Shown piece by piece: positions 29,955 through 40,351 of a stretch of DNA of 64,000 nucleotides (position 1 is its first letter; each line of letters opens with the position of its first letter). The position numbers and the translations under genes were made by a program. Origin of the DNA: Candidatus Babeliales bacterium (lineage in GTDB: Bacteria; Babelota; Babeliae; Babelales; JANWKD01); contig CAVRJM010000001.1 of the NCBI GenBank assembly GCA_963722075.1, positions 1,354,566-1,418,565 of the forward strand, read 5' to 3'. Under the pieces are notes generated by a model that did no database searches, was not told where the DNA came from, and worked only from the letters and a program-made list of their open reading frames with translations.

Positions 29955-32276
29955 TTAATTAGTAAGATCTTTTTCCAAATCATCAAGTAAGCTCTTGAGA
30001 GCTCTTTGGTATTTTGAAACTTTATCTAATGCAAGGAAATTTTGTACGCATCTCACCAATGGATTACCATTTTCTTCTTTATTATATTGATTGAGGGGGA
30101 AAATTTTAATACCACTTTCTGGGTTAAGGCCTCCATAGGTATCTGCGGTCATGGGTATGCAAAATTCTAAACGGTCTAAATCTTCATTAGAGTGAGTTGT
30201 TGTTGATAAGTTTTCCATTAATGAATCAATATTATCTATTTGTGTAATACGTTGATAATAATTCATTTCATCCATTTCAACTATTTTTTCTTCCATTGTT
30301 GTTGATAATGAAATTCTTTTTTTATACCCCCCTCCCGAATGAGCTAAATAAATTTGTTTATGCGCAGTTTTTTTAGGAATAGCAATTAATAAGCACGTAC
30401 CAAGTGAAGTAATCTCACTTAATTGCTTTTGTAATTGTTCAAGCCGTGTTTTATATTTTTCATATAAATGATTATTACCGCTTAACGTAAATAATGATTC
30501 CCAATTTAATTCTTGTTGCTTTATGTTTCTATTTTGCATTAAGTAAAGAGGTGAGCATGATCCAAGATTGGTCGTGTTACCAAAAAAAGCTCTGTTTACA
30601 AATAATAGTTTTTGTCTTGTTTCCTCAGAAGTTGGCCCAAATTTTAATAATAAGTTGCGCTGCCTGGATTCAATTTGAGCATCATTACTAAATTCTTTTA
30701 CATGCAAATATAAAAAGTCACCAGGTTTTTTATTTTGTTGTAAGAGTGTATAGACTGTTTCAAATAAAAGATAATGATTATCCTGTCCATGGATAAAGGT
30801 GTAATAATCATCTTTTAGCTGCTTTTCAAGTTTTAAAACTTCACTTGCTATTGATTGAATTAATTCTGGCTTAATGACTTCAAAAGAGAGAATAGTTTGT
30901 TCTGTATTGTTGAAAAAAAGTTGTATTAAATGCTGGATGGTAGGTATTTGAGGTAACTTGCTTAACAATTTATGTTCTTCAGGATAAATTTTACAAAAGC
31001 AAATTGTTTTTATAACAGCATCAATATTTAAAAAATTTGTTTTTTTATTGTAGCGTTTAAGAACTTTTTTAATTTCTTTTTTATGAGGTATTGTTGAAGT
31101 AACAGCCATAAATACTCTCCAATGAACTTTTTCAATATTGTTCAGTAGAGAAGGGATAAGTAATAAAGCATGTTGGGAATTTTCTTTTAAATAATTCATC
31201 AAGAAGATAATTTTTTTGGCATTAGTTTGTGGCTCTACTACTACTTGTGAAAAGTTATTATAAGCGAGTTGGTGTGAAGTAAAAGCCATATCCCGATGAA
31301 GCTCTTCAAATAATAACTCACCAATAATATTGTTGTGATCATGAGTTATAAATAATTCAAAAAATTCATCAGTTATATTAAAAAATTGTCTGTTTTTGAT
31401 TAAAGTTTTAATAACCTTAGAGCAATTATTAGGATTAATAGCCATTATTAAGTTTAAAAGAGGCAAAGTATGGGCTCTTAAGAATTCGACACTTAAATTT
31501 AAGTCAAGCAATCGTATAGTTAATTGATTAAGGTGAGGCTCTATAATTTCTTTTTGGAAAAAATGAGCAAGAACATTATTTTGCGTAATAGTTTCTACCG
31601 CTAAATCCTTATATCTGAAACAGGTTAAAAATTTATTAATAAATGCTTTTTTTATTTCTGGAGAACTATTTACAATATATTTTTTAATAAATAAACAACT
31701 TTCTTGATCTGTTAATAATTCGATGGGGAATTGTACTATTGCTTGTAAGGTTTCCTGAGGAAACTGCACCATGAGCTTTTTGCAGATTTTAACGGGATGT
31801 TCATGCCTAAATATGGTTACTATATTTTTAAGTACCAATTGAGCTAGGACTCCTGAATGATCATAATCTAAGAGTTCTAAAAGAAGTTTTCTATTGATTG
31901 GATCTAGGTACCATATATCAAATGAAATATCTTGCTGTAAAATTTTATTAATTTGTTCATGTGGATTTTTATCAAATGAGTGATGATTTTTATGATAATA
32001 CTTTTTATAAAGGCCATATACCCCCAAACTGGTAGTCAATCCTCCCCAGAATCCTCTTTGAAGTATCGGTGAAAAAACAATCTTTCTTCTTGTAGTTAAA
32101 AAATCCTTATTAGAGGCTTTCTTTTCTTGTGCCCAAAGAGAAACATTGTTGTTGCGTGAAAATGCTTGTTTAAAGACATTAAACCTGTTACTTATTCTTG
32201 ATCGTAATGAAAGATTCATCGAAAAACAGGTATAGGGAATAAATAAAAAAGCCAGTAATAATAAGCTTTTTTTCAT
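29955..32276 (-). CDS. Large hypothetical secreted protein
   Basis: GGAGG RBS before MKKSLLLL; signal peptide CFS-MNLS; about 773 aa. Confidence 0.8.
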   Translation of the reverse strand: MKKSLLLLAFLFIPYTCFSMNLSLRSRISNRFNVFKQAFSRNNNVSLWAQEKKASNKDFLTTRRKIVFSPILQRGFWGGLTTSLGVYGLYKKYYHKNHHSFDKNPHEQINKILQQDISFDIWYLDPINRKLLLELLDYDHSGVLAQLVLKNIVTIFRHEHPVKICKKLMVQFPQETLQAIVQFPIELLTDQESCLFIKKYIVNSSPEIKKAFINKFLTCFRYKDLAVETITQNNVLAHFFQKEIIEPHLNQLTIRLLDLNLSVEFLRAHTLPLLNLIMAINPNNCSKVIKTLIKNRQFFNITDEFFELFITHDHNNIIGELLFEELHRDMAFTSHQLAYNNFSQVVVEPQTNAKKIIFLMNYLKENSQHALLLIPSLLNNIEKVHWRVFMAVTSTIPHKKEIKKVLKRYNKKTNFLNIDAVIKTICFCKIYPEEHKLLSKLPQIPTIQHLIQLFFNNTEQTILSFEVIKPELIQSIASEVLKLEKQLKDDYYTFIHGQDNHYLLFETVYTLLQQNKKPGDFLYLHVKEFSNDAQIESRQRNLLLKFGPTSEETRQKLLFVNRAFFGNTTNLGSCSPLYLMQNRNIKQQELNWESLFTLSGNNHLYEKYKTRLEQLQKQLSEITSLGTCLLIAIPKKTAHKQIYLAHSGGGYKKRISLSTTMEEKIVEMDEMNYYQRITQIDNIDSLMENLSTTTHSNEDLDRLEFCIPMTADTYGGLNPESGIKIFPLNQYNKEENGNPLVRCVQNFLALDKVSKYQRALKSLLDDLEKDLTN

Positions 32277-32530
32277 AAAAAAGGCCTCCATATTAAATAC
32301 AATTATTAATATTACTAGAAAATATATATTTTGTAAAGTGCAGTTGTAAAGGTTAAATGTATGCTGGAATCTTAAAATTGTGTGAAAATTGGAAGTTGTA
32401 CTTCCAATTTTCAAGGAAAAAATATGAAAATTCAGGTATCAATTTATTGGAGCTCAATCATCTCTATATTATTATTCACTCAGATAGTTATGATGGAGTT
32501 AACCTGAACATTTCTGGAGTAAGTAAACCC

Positions 32531-35041
32531 ATGGATATCAAAAGAATAGCTAGCCAGTCAACGGATGCTTTGTTGCAAGAATTTCAAACATCAACCAGTG
32601 GATTGACCCAACAAGAAGCGCAAAAAAGGCAAAAAGAATATGGTCTCAATCAACTTACTGAGAGCTCTTTTTCATGGTTTTATATTTTATTAGCGCAATT
32701 TAAATTACCATTCATTTATTTATTAGCAGTAGCAGCAGTATTGGCGCTTTCATTAGGTAATTATCAAGAAGCGCTCATGATCATTCTTTTTGTACTCATT
32801 AATACTATCGTGGGTTTTTATCAAGAATATAAAGCAGCTCAAACGGTAGCTCTATTAAAAAAATATCTTACCGCTATGGTTACTGTATACCGTGATAAAA
32901 AGTTACAACAAATTGACAGCAAAGAATTGGTGCCAGGGGATATCATTCAACTGCAAGCGGGTGATATGATTCCCGCTGATGTGCGCTTTATAACAGCTGA
33001 TAATGTTTTAGTTGACGAATCCATATTGACGGGCGAATCAATCCCGGTAAAAAAAATAATTGCACCATTACAACAAGCATCCTTTACTATTTTCAATGCT
33101 GAAAATATCGGTTTTTCTGGAACAACTATTGTTCAAGGAAATGCAGAGGCATTAGTATGTGCCATTGGTTCCAAAAGTTATATGGGGTCACTGGCTCATC
33201 TTACTGAAGAGGTGATGAAGGAAAGTTTGTTTTTTCAGGAAATTGTTCGCTTTAGTAAGATGATATTATTGTTGGTTATCAGCACGCTTATTATCATTAT
33301 ACTATTGAACATTATTATAAAAGGAACAGCGGTATTTTCTATAGAATTAGTTATATTTGTTATAGCACTTGCAGTAACCATTACTCCCGAAGCATTACCG
33401 CTGGTGATTACTTTTAGTTTATCGCGGGGTGCCTTGCAGCTAGCGCGCAATAAAGTGATTGTAAAAAGACTTTCTGCCATTGAGGATTTGGGTAGTATTG
33501 ATATTTTATGTTCCGATAAAACCGGTACGCTTACTGAAAATAAATTAACGGTTTCAGATCTTTCGACTGATGACCAAGAACAACTACTTATTTATGCTAA
33601 TTTGGCAAATGGGCATAATCATAATCCCTATGTTAGCACTAATCCCATTGATCAAGCTTTATATCAGCATTTGAATCAAGATCAAAAAACAATGCTTACC
33701 ACCTATCAAAAAAAACAAGAATATCCTTTTGATCCGGTTCGATTACGAAATAGTGTTATTGTAGAAAAAAATAATGAATTATTGTTGATTGTTCGGGGAG
33801 TGGTGGATACCATCATTGATCGCTGTAGTGCTATCGATAAGCAAAAAATTCTGCAGTGGACATTAGAAAAAGAACGTGCAGGAAAACGTGTTTTACTGAT
33901 TGCATATAAAAAATTATCTTCTAGTCATATACTAGCACAAGAAATAGCTAATGAATCTGCATTAACATATCTAGGGTTGCTGTCGTTAGTTGATCCTATA
34001 AAAGAAGACGTTTTGCCTGCGCTTGCCCAAGCGCATAAAATGGGCATCACGATAAAAATTTTAACCGGAGATTCTGCCCAAGTTGCTGGTGCTGTTGGGT
34101 ATGCCATTGGATTGATTGATAATCCTGAAAAAGTAATCACCGGGGCTCAGTTTGAAGCCTTAAGCCCAATGCAAAAAGAAAAAGCTGTATATGATTATGC
34201 TCTTTTTGCCCGTGTTATTCCCGAGCAGAAACTAACTATTATTAAATTATTACAAGTAAAAAATCAGGTAGGGTATTTAGGTGATGGCATTAATGACGGG
34301 CCGGCGCTTAAAGCAGCGCATGTTGCTTTAGTGGTACAAGGGGCTGCTGATATTGCACGTGCTGCTGCCGATATTATATTGCTTAAAAAAAGTTTGCATA
34401 TAATTATTAATGGTATTTATGAAGGACGACGCGTTTACACCAATACCATTAAATATATTAAAATTACCTTGAGTTCGAATGTAGGAAATTTCTATTCAGT
34501 TGCTATAGCATCACTATTTATTAATTATTTACCTATGTTGCCTATACAGATTTTACTGGTGAATGTATTAACTGATTTACCAATGATTGCTTTATCAACT
34601 GATCGGGTAGAATCAAGTGATTTAAAAAAGCCTAATAGTTATACTATAAAAAATATTTTTTTCTTTAGTATGATTTTTGGCTTAATAAGTTCTTTATTTG
34701 ATTTTATTATATTTTTTACGTTTTATCAGAAAGAAAAAACCTTACAGACTATATGGTTTATTGAAAGTGTTCTTTCTGAATTAGTTATTCTTTTTTCGTT
34801 AAGAACGAGAAAATTATTATGGAACGCTAAAATGCCGTCATTCAGTTTGATTGTATTATCGCTCGCAGCAGCTTTTATAGCGATTCTTATGCCTTTGAGT
34901 AGTTTCGGGCAGCATTTTTTTGGTTTTTTTAAGCCTACAATTGGTGAATTGAGCTTTGTTATAATTCTTATAGTAGGGTATATGATAGCAACTGAGTTGG
35001 TAAAAATAATCTACTATCGATTATTCAATAATATAAAATAG
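32531..35041 (+). CDS. P-type ATPase, MgtA-like Mg2+ transporter
   Basis: TGES, PEALP, DKTGT, TGD, GDGINDGP, SSNVGN motifs; MgtA-type PFDPVR. Confidence 0.88.
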   Translation: MDIKRIASQSTDALLQEFQTSTSGLTQQEAQKRQKEYGLNQLTESSFSWFYILLAQFKLPFIYLLAVAAVLALSLGNYQEALMIILFVLINTIVGFYQEYKAAQTVALLKKYLTAMVTVYRDKKLQQIDSKELVPGDIIQLQAGDMIPADVRFITADNVLVDESILTGESIPVKKIIAPLQQASFTIFNAENIGFSGTTIVQGNAEALVCAIGSKSYMGSLAHLTEEVMKESLFFQEIVRFSKMILLLVISTLIIIILLNIIIKGTAVFSIELVIFVIALAVTITPEALPLVITFSLSRGALQLARNKVIVKRLSAIEDLGSIDILCSDKTGTLTENKLTVSDLSTDDQEQLLIYANLANGHNHNPYVSTNPIDQALYQHLNQDQKTMLTTYQKKQEYPFDPVRLRNSVIVEKNNELLLIVRGVVDTIIDRCSAIDKQKILQWTLEKERAGKRVLLIAYKKLSSSHILAQEIANESALTYLGLLSLVDPIKEDVLPALAQAHKMGITIKILTGDSAQVAGAVGYAIGLIDNPEKVITGAQFEALSPMQKEKAVYDYALFARVIPEQKLTIIKLLQVKNQVGYLGDGINDGPALKAAHVALVVQGAADIARAAADIILLKKSLHIIINGIYEGRRVYTNTIKYIKITLSSNVGNFYSVAIASLFINYLPMLPIQILLVNVLTDLPMIALSTDRVESSDLKKPNSYTIKNIFFFSMIFGLISSLFDFIIFFTFYQKEKTLQTIWFIESVLSELVILFSLRTRKLLWNAKMPSFSLIVLSLAAAFIAILMPLSSFGQHFFGFFKPTIGELSFVIILIVGYMIATELVKIIYYRLFNNIK

Positions 35042-35057
35042 AATTTTTATAAATTAA

Positions 35058-35181
35058 TGGATCCAGCCTACGTTAATCCAGCCGTCGTTAAAACTACGGT
35101 GGAGTAAGCAACTACGGCGGACACAGTCCCCACACCTTGTCCCGGCATAGCCGTGGCGACGCCGGATTCGCGCGGGATGAC
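35058..35181. repeat. Composite palindromic repeat with self-nested unit
   Basis: Homolog of the 16101 element with an extra ATCCAGCCGTCGTTAAAACTACGGTGGAGTAAGC inside the first hairpin loop; ends GGGATGAC. Confidence 0.85.
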
Positions 35182-35232
35182 AATTGCAGTACCAGTACAA
35201 TTGTCAGGATTCCTAACTTTATTTAGATTATT

Positions 35233-35676
35233 TTATTTTTTGAAAAGTCCTGCTTTTTCTTCGAATTGTTTAAGTTTCGCTGTTTGTTTATTAAATTCTT
35301 TTTCGTCTGCATCATTCATAGCTTTACATTTCTTAAACCACTCTTCTCGCTGACTTCTGTGTAAATTAACTATTCCATCTAATTCAGAAGTTAGTAACCC
35401 GTTTAATTCAGCAAATGATTTTACATTTTTAAAGGCTTTTATTTTATTTACCATAAAATCAACCAAAGCATCATGATGTTCAATCATAAGATTAATTTTT
35501 GTGGTAGCACGGTTTAATTCACTATTTAACCAATAATCTTTGTGTCCTTTTTCCATTTCTTTGAATTTAATAATGTTATCAATAATTGTTGCATCTATAG
35601 AATCGACTGAGGGTTCAGTAGCGGCAAATGATAATTGGGTAAATAAGGCAATAGGTACCAATAATAACTTTTTCAT
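35233..35676 (-). CDS. Hypothetical secreted helical protein
   Basis: GGAGG RBS, signal peptide LSFA; flanked by ~20-bp inverted repeats. Confidence 0.8.
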   Translation of the reverse strand: MKKLLLVPIALFTQLSFAATEPSVDSIDATIIDNIIKFKEMEKGHKDYWLNSELNRATTKINLMIEHHDALVDFMVNKIKAFKNVKSFAELNGLLTSELDGIVNLHRSQREEWFKKCKAMNDADEKEFNKQTAKLKQFEEKAGLFKK

Positions 35677-35807
35677 ATAAACCTCCTTTTTATAAATAAA
35701 TAGTTAGGAATCCTTACTCAGAAGAATCTGAGTCAATTATCAGTATACGCCTTTTGCTTGATAAGTAGCAATAGATGCCATAATTGAACTATTTTCCCCC
35801 ATTAATC

Positions 35808-36200
35808 TTAAGTTGTATGGTCTTTGCCACAAAGAATGCATTCATTATAGTTAACAGTCGCTTTTGCAAGTTGAATGGCTTGTATGTGTTGATTATAATA
35901 ATTTACCAGTTCTTTTTGGGTATATTCTGTTATTGTTTTACTCAAATTACTAATAGAGGTTTCAGCATTTTTTATTTTCCATTCGAGTCCTTCCAATCGG
36001 ATGTCTATTTGTTGGAATTTTTTTGTAATAAAGGTCTGCATAGAATATAACAATCGAATAGAAATAATAGGTTGGCTTGGTTGAATGTAAGTTGCGGGTT
36101 GCTGTGTGGTAAAAACGATAGGATCTTCTTCCTCTTCTTCCATTGCCTTAAGGGTAATAAATGGAAAAAAAATAAGAATAAATAGGGCGGTTTTCTTCAT
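35808..36200 (-). CDS. Small secreted coiled-coil protein with C-terminal CxxCxxxH
   Basis: LKA-MEEE leader; heptads; ends CILCGKDHTT. Confidence 0.75.
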   Translation of the reverse strand: MKKTALFILIFFPFITLKAMEEEEEDPIVFTTQQPATYIQPSQPIISIRLLYSMQTFITKKFQQIDIRLEGLEWKIKNAETSISNLSKTITEYTQKELVNYYNQHIQAIQLAKATVNYNECILCGKDHTT

Positions 36201-36202
36201 AA

Positions 36203-36604
36203 TTATTTATTTCTTAAATATGATAATCTAGTTTCTATGCCTAATGTTTTTAATTCTAATATTGATAATCTGCTGTTAACAGCTTCGAAATTATCTGTAA
36301 CTTTTGTATCTAATTTAGTAATATTCACTGAAATTTCCATAAGTGTTACATTTATATCAGTAAGCGTCATCATCTTCTTTTCTAATGGTGAAGGTTCTCT
36401 ATATTCTTTTTGAGATAATTTTAAAGCGGCTATTTCTCTACGTAATTTTTCTATTTCAGATTCAATATGATTTAGAGAACTTGCATCCCAATTAAGTTTA
36501 TTTTCATGGTGCTCAATTTGTTCTTGTTCTTTTTCCTTTTGAAAATTCATTCCGTTAAGTGAAAAAATGCACATGCATCCAATAAAATATAGATGAAATT
36601 TCAT
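36203..36604 (-). CDS. Small secreted coiled-coil protein
   Basis: LNG-MNFQ leader; heptad repeats. Confidence 0.72.
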   Translation of the reverse strand: MKFHLYFIGCMCIFSLNGMNFQKEKEQEQIEHHENKLNWDASSLNHIESEIEKLRREIAALKLSQKEYREPSPLEKKMMTLTDINVTLMEISVNITKLDTKVTDNFEAVNSRLSILELKTLGIETRLSYLRNK

Positions 36605-36614
36605 AAAAATACTC

Positions 36615-37007
36615 CTAATTTGAATTTATTTGGTCTATTTGTTGTTGGTTATTTATGCATTGCCCAGTGCCAATTAAATAGGTATTTAAGATAGAAATGG
36701 AATTTAAAACATTTTTTTGATTGTTCGTGAGTTCAGATATAGCCTTTTCATTACACTCCAAAACGTTTATTAGAGAAGCCAAAATTGTTTTAAAAGAGTT
36801 ATTCTCGTTTTCCAGATGTGTTATTCGTTCTTGCAATGATTGAAGGGTTTGGAGTTCAATGGGCATAGGGAATTGTTGATTAGATTCTAAAAGATAAACC
36901 GTTTCATTATCAGATAGAGAAAAATAATACCTAGTATCTTTCGCTTGTTCCATACCATGAAGAGTGATTGAAGAAAAAATAAGGCAAAAAAATAGAACTT
37001 TTTTCAT
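36615..37007 (-). CDS. Small secreted coiled-coil protein
   Basis: LHG-MEQA leader; LQSLQERITHLE heptads. Confidence 0.72.
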   Translation of the reverse strand: MKKVLFFCLIFSSITLHGMEQAKDTRYYFSLSDNETVYLLESNQQFPMPIELQTLQSLQERITHLENENNSFKTILASLINVLECNEKAISELTNNQKNVLNSISILNTYLIGTGQCINNQQQIDQINSN

Positions 37008-37123
37008 GTATTATTCCTGTTTTTCTAGAGTATAAATACCTTATTAAATAAAGGTTACTATATAAATATTTTAATAAAAAATTACTTTAATTCACACTAA
37101 AATCTTTGCATGAATAATGTTTA

Positions 37124-37345
37124 TTAACTATTTTCTTCACTCGAATGAATTTCCCAGCACATAATGCAGAAATTTTTATCATTTTCTGGTTTAACGGGAA
37201 TTGGTGGCTGAATATATAATGGATCTTCATTTGATAGAAGCTTTGCGATAACTCCTTTTGTCTGATCTTTTTGAGATTGTTCCATGCTTTGTAAAATAGT
37301 AGTAACAGAAAATACAAGAATAAATAAGATAGCAATTTTACTCAT
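37124..37345 (-). CDS. Very small secreted protein with C-terminal CxxCxxxH
   Basis: GGGAG RBS; LQS-MEQS leader; ends CIMCWEIHSSEENS. Confidence 0.68.
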   Translation of the reverse strand: MSKIAILFILVFSVTTILQSMEQSQKDQTKGVIAKLLSNEDPLYIQPPIPVKPENDKNFCIMCWEIHSSEENS

Positions 37346-37557
37346 TATTACTCCCATAAGGATCTCATTTTGAAACCAAATAATTTTAATTCTATGAAAT
37401 CTTTCTTAAAAAAAGGTAGCCGCTAATTACAAGTAATCTATATTGAGTTTCACTAAATTCTCCTCAAATACAGGCTAATTTTTTTATAGTAACTATAGAT
37501 ATAGCTTAATAATAAGATCTTAAGAATTCTATAAATATTAAAAAGGTAAGGCATTAT

Positions 37558-38769
37558 ATGGTAATTGTACTATTATTTTTATTGAGTTTTTTTACCACCT
37601 ATAGCATGGACACGCTAAATTTGGAAATAGAAAATACGGGCCTGCTTGGGGTTTCTGAATTTATTTCTTGTGTAGAAGCAGTAATAGGGGGTAATCGTTT
37701 TTGGGTTACTAATGATCATAATCTTGTTTTTAAACATTATAATAAAGAAAGATATTTTGTTCGAAGTATTGATGATCCATTTTTTTTAGCAGTTATAAAA
37801 CATACTGTTGAAATGGATAATAATGAATCAACATTTGCGTATTTTATTTCACGATATCGACGAGTACTGACTTTTTTATTGCCGCACAAACCTTCTTCTC
37901 CTAAAGAAAAGTATTATCTCATGCAATGGGCACGTCTTGAAAGCTTTAAAAAAGATAGGCAATATGGTGCCAATAGAATTGAATTCATTAGGGCATTAGA
38001 AGAGCGGCATGTAGAAAAAATTAATGAAGCATGTCTTAAAAAAACATGGAAATATTATTATCCACTTAAAAAGGTTATTGTTATGGATATTTTTAATTCA
38101 ATAGCGGTCAGGAAACCTTTTTTAGGAAAATTTGTTTCTTTTTTTGATGCTTTTAATCAAGGAACTTTAACTATTGGCAATAGTCGAGTCACTTTTAAGC
38201 ATTTTAGAAAAAATAAACAGTATACTATCGATTTAGATCAGATGTGGCAACAACTTTTCTCGATTAATGAAATAGCACGAGTATTTCCTGAAAATATTAT
38301 TAAATTATTAGATTTATTAAGTAATCCATTTAATAATAAAGGGTTTATGAAACTAATTGGTGAGATGAATTCGCAACAACGAAAACCATTATTAGCATTA
38401 TGGTATTTTTTCTATAATTTTGAATATACATTACGTGCACTTTGCAATGACCAAAATGCAGTTGAATATAATGAAGCAAAAATGATAACTCATTTGAAAG
38501 AAATGAGTCCTAATCAACGTAGAAAATTATTTGGATTTACCGCTGCTTCATCAACCGATTATTCACGTTATGTAAAGGAAATTATTAACAGAGAGCAGAT
38601 TCGTCGTAAATTACACGAAGCGCGTTCAACGCAAAGCACGGTAAGATTCTTTGGTGCTTATATGGATATGTTGATTGTACGGCTTTTTCAAAATTCATTT
38701 TCAGCGTATATTCCCTTTAAACAATATTGTAAGAATATTGAAAGGAAGTTAAGTAAAAAAACAAAATAG
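37558..38769 (+). CDS. Hypothetical secreted protein
   Basis: TYS-MDTL leader; 403 aa. Confidence 0.75.
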   Translation: MVIVLLFLLSFFTTYSMDTLNLEIENTGLLGVSEFISCVEAVIGGNRFWVTNDHNLVFKHYNKERYFVRSIDDPFFLAVIKHTVEMDNNESTFAYFISRYRRVLTFLLPHKPSSPKEKYYLMQWARLESFKKDRQYGANRIEFIRALEERHVEKINEACLKKTWKYYYPLKKVIVMDIFNSIAVRKPFLGKFVSFFDAFNQGTLTIGNSRVTFKHFRKNKQYTIDLDQMWQQLFSINEIARVFPENIIKLLDLLSNPFNNKGFMKLIGEMNSQQRKPLLALWYFFYNFEYTLRALCNDQNAVEYNEAKMITHLKEMSPNQRRKLFGFTAASSTDYSRYVKEIINREQIRRKLHEARSTQSTVRFFGAYMDMLIVRLFQNSFSAYIPFKQYCKNIERKLSKKTK

Positions 38770-38819
38770 TTAAGATTGTGTTATGCTACTACTAAATAAT
38801 TGCATTTAGGAAGAAAAAT

Positions 38820-39179
38820 ATGGCTGATAACATAACAACCATTCATGAACTTAAAGAAAAAATTAAACTATTTATGCAAGAGCGCGATTGGCATCAGTTT
38901 CATAATCCAAAAAACATCAGTATGAGTATTGCTGCAGAAGCAGCGGAATTAATGGAATTTTTTCTGTGGATTGATGGCAATCAATCGTATGAGGTTTGCC
39001 AGAAAAAAAGGGATCAGGTTGAACAGGAAGTTGCTGATGTAGCAATTCTCTTATTAAATTTTTGTGAACGTACTCAGATTGATCTAGCTGAAGCAATTAT
39101 GCATAAAATGAAGATAAATGCTCAAAAATATCCGATAGAAAAGGCTAAAGGCCGCACTGATAAATATACAGATTTATAA
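38820..39179 (+). CDS. MazG-like nucleotide pyrophosphohydrolase (dCTPase type)
   Basis: ERDWHQFHNPKN, EAAELME, EVADV, NAQKYP. Confidence 0.93.
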   Translation: MADNITTIHELKEKIKLFMQERDWHQFHNPKNISMSIAAEAAELMEFFLWIDGNQSYEVCQKKRDQVEQEVADVAILLLNFCERTQIDLAEAIMHKMKINAQKYPIEKAKGRTDKYTDL

Positions 39180-39395
39180 AATGATCCTAAATCGCTACTA
39201 TATATGCAAAAAATCTTGCTCATTAGTCTGTAATGCGAACATACCACTTTTATAGGCTCACTAGTGATCATTAATTGTGATTGTTGATTTAATTAAACGC
39301 AATTGAAATTAAATAAAAAAATATATATAATTAAAACAATAAAACAAAATTTATTTTTTATTGTCAATTTTAATTGATGGTTTAGGACTACTAAT

Positions 39396-39722
39396 ATGCT
39401 AAATGTTTTGTTTTTATTGCTCTTTATGAACCCCTTCTCTTTATTTGCCATGAAACGTGAGTGGCCTTCAACACGCGATCAGGAAGCAATACGTAAAGAG
39501 GAAGAGCTCTTTAAGAAGTTGAAGGATGAGTTGAGGGATTTATCCGATGAAGACCAACTAAGAGAGTTGGAAAAACATTCACTTGCTGTGCTCTATATTG
39601 ATGAGTATAACGGGGGTGCTTTTATTGCATCGATACCCTGGCTCAATCAAGTGCATAATCAACAGAATTCAGATAATACACCAAATACAGCTAATTCAGC
39701 TAAATTTTATTGGGAGCACTAA
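39396..39722 (+). CDS. Small secreted hypothetical protein
   Basis: LFA-MKRE leader. Confidence 0.65.
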   Translation: MLNVLFLLLFMNPFSLFAMKREWPSTRDQEAIRKEEELFKKLKDELRDLSDEDQLRELEKHSLAVLYIDEYNGGAFIASIPWLNQVHNQQNSDNTPNTANSAKFYWEH

Positions 39723-39771
39723 TAATCTTCATTAATGTATTTTTAACTACTAATTTTAGGCATGAATCACC

Positions 39772-40026
39772 ATGAACTATTCTTTTCTTCTCTTTTTATT
39801 TTTTTTGCAACCTGCTTTTTTATATTCGATGGATATAGAATCTTTAAAAAAGACAGAGACTGATCAGCCAACCAATCAACAATTATCAACGAGCCCTGAA
39901 CTTACTAGCGTATACACTGAATGTTTTATTACGGGTGCTTATTATAATCATCAAATTATTTTAAATCAGAAATCAGAAGCTGAAGAAAGAAGTGCCCAAG
40001 AGCCCTTATTTCCTGGGAGCCGCTGA
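39772..40026 (+). CDS. Small secreted hypothetical protein
   Basis: LYS-MDIE leader. Confidence 0.65.
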   Translation: MNYSFLLFLFFLQPAFLYSMDIESLKKTETDQPTNQQLSTSPELTSVYTECFITGAYYNHQIILNQKSEAEERSAQEPLFPGSR

Positions 40027-40098
40027 TAGTAATTTATTGATTTCATGAGTGACTCTTTATACACTATTTCTATTATAAATTACTATAAGGAGCACTTC

Positions 40099-40344
40099 GT
40101 GAAATATACTGTAATAAGTTTTCTTTTTTTAGCAGTAGTTACTAGCTATGCTATGGACGAAAACAAGAAAAGTCCCAAGAAAAAAAGTCCTCTTTTACAA
40201 AAAAAGAGTTTTGAACACAACAATTGTAATCCATACAATTGGAAAACAACACGCGATAAAGGAGTACCAAGCGAAGCATCAAAATATGGTGATGACTTTG
40301 ATTATGTACTTTTGAGCCATCAGCGCAATAATAAATCGGAGTAA
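40099..40344 (+). CDS. Small secreted basic protein
   Basis: AAGGAG RBS and GTG start; SYA-MDEN leader; KKSPKKKSP basic patch. Confidence 0.65.
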   Translation: MKYTVISFLFLAVVTSYAMDENKKSPKKKSPLLQKKSFEHNNCNPYNWKTTRDKGVPSEASKYGDDFDYVLLSHQRNNKSE

Positions 40345-40351
40345 TCATTCA

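Noticed and set aside
32277..32530. Overlapping divergent extensions of the 819-aa and 894-aa ORFs
   Set aside because: RBS and domain starts indicate ATG 32276 (-) and ATG 32531 (+); the interval is intergenic.
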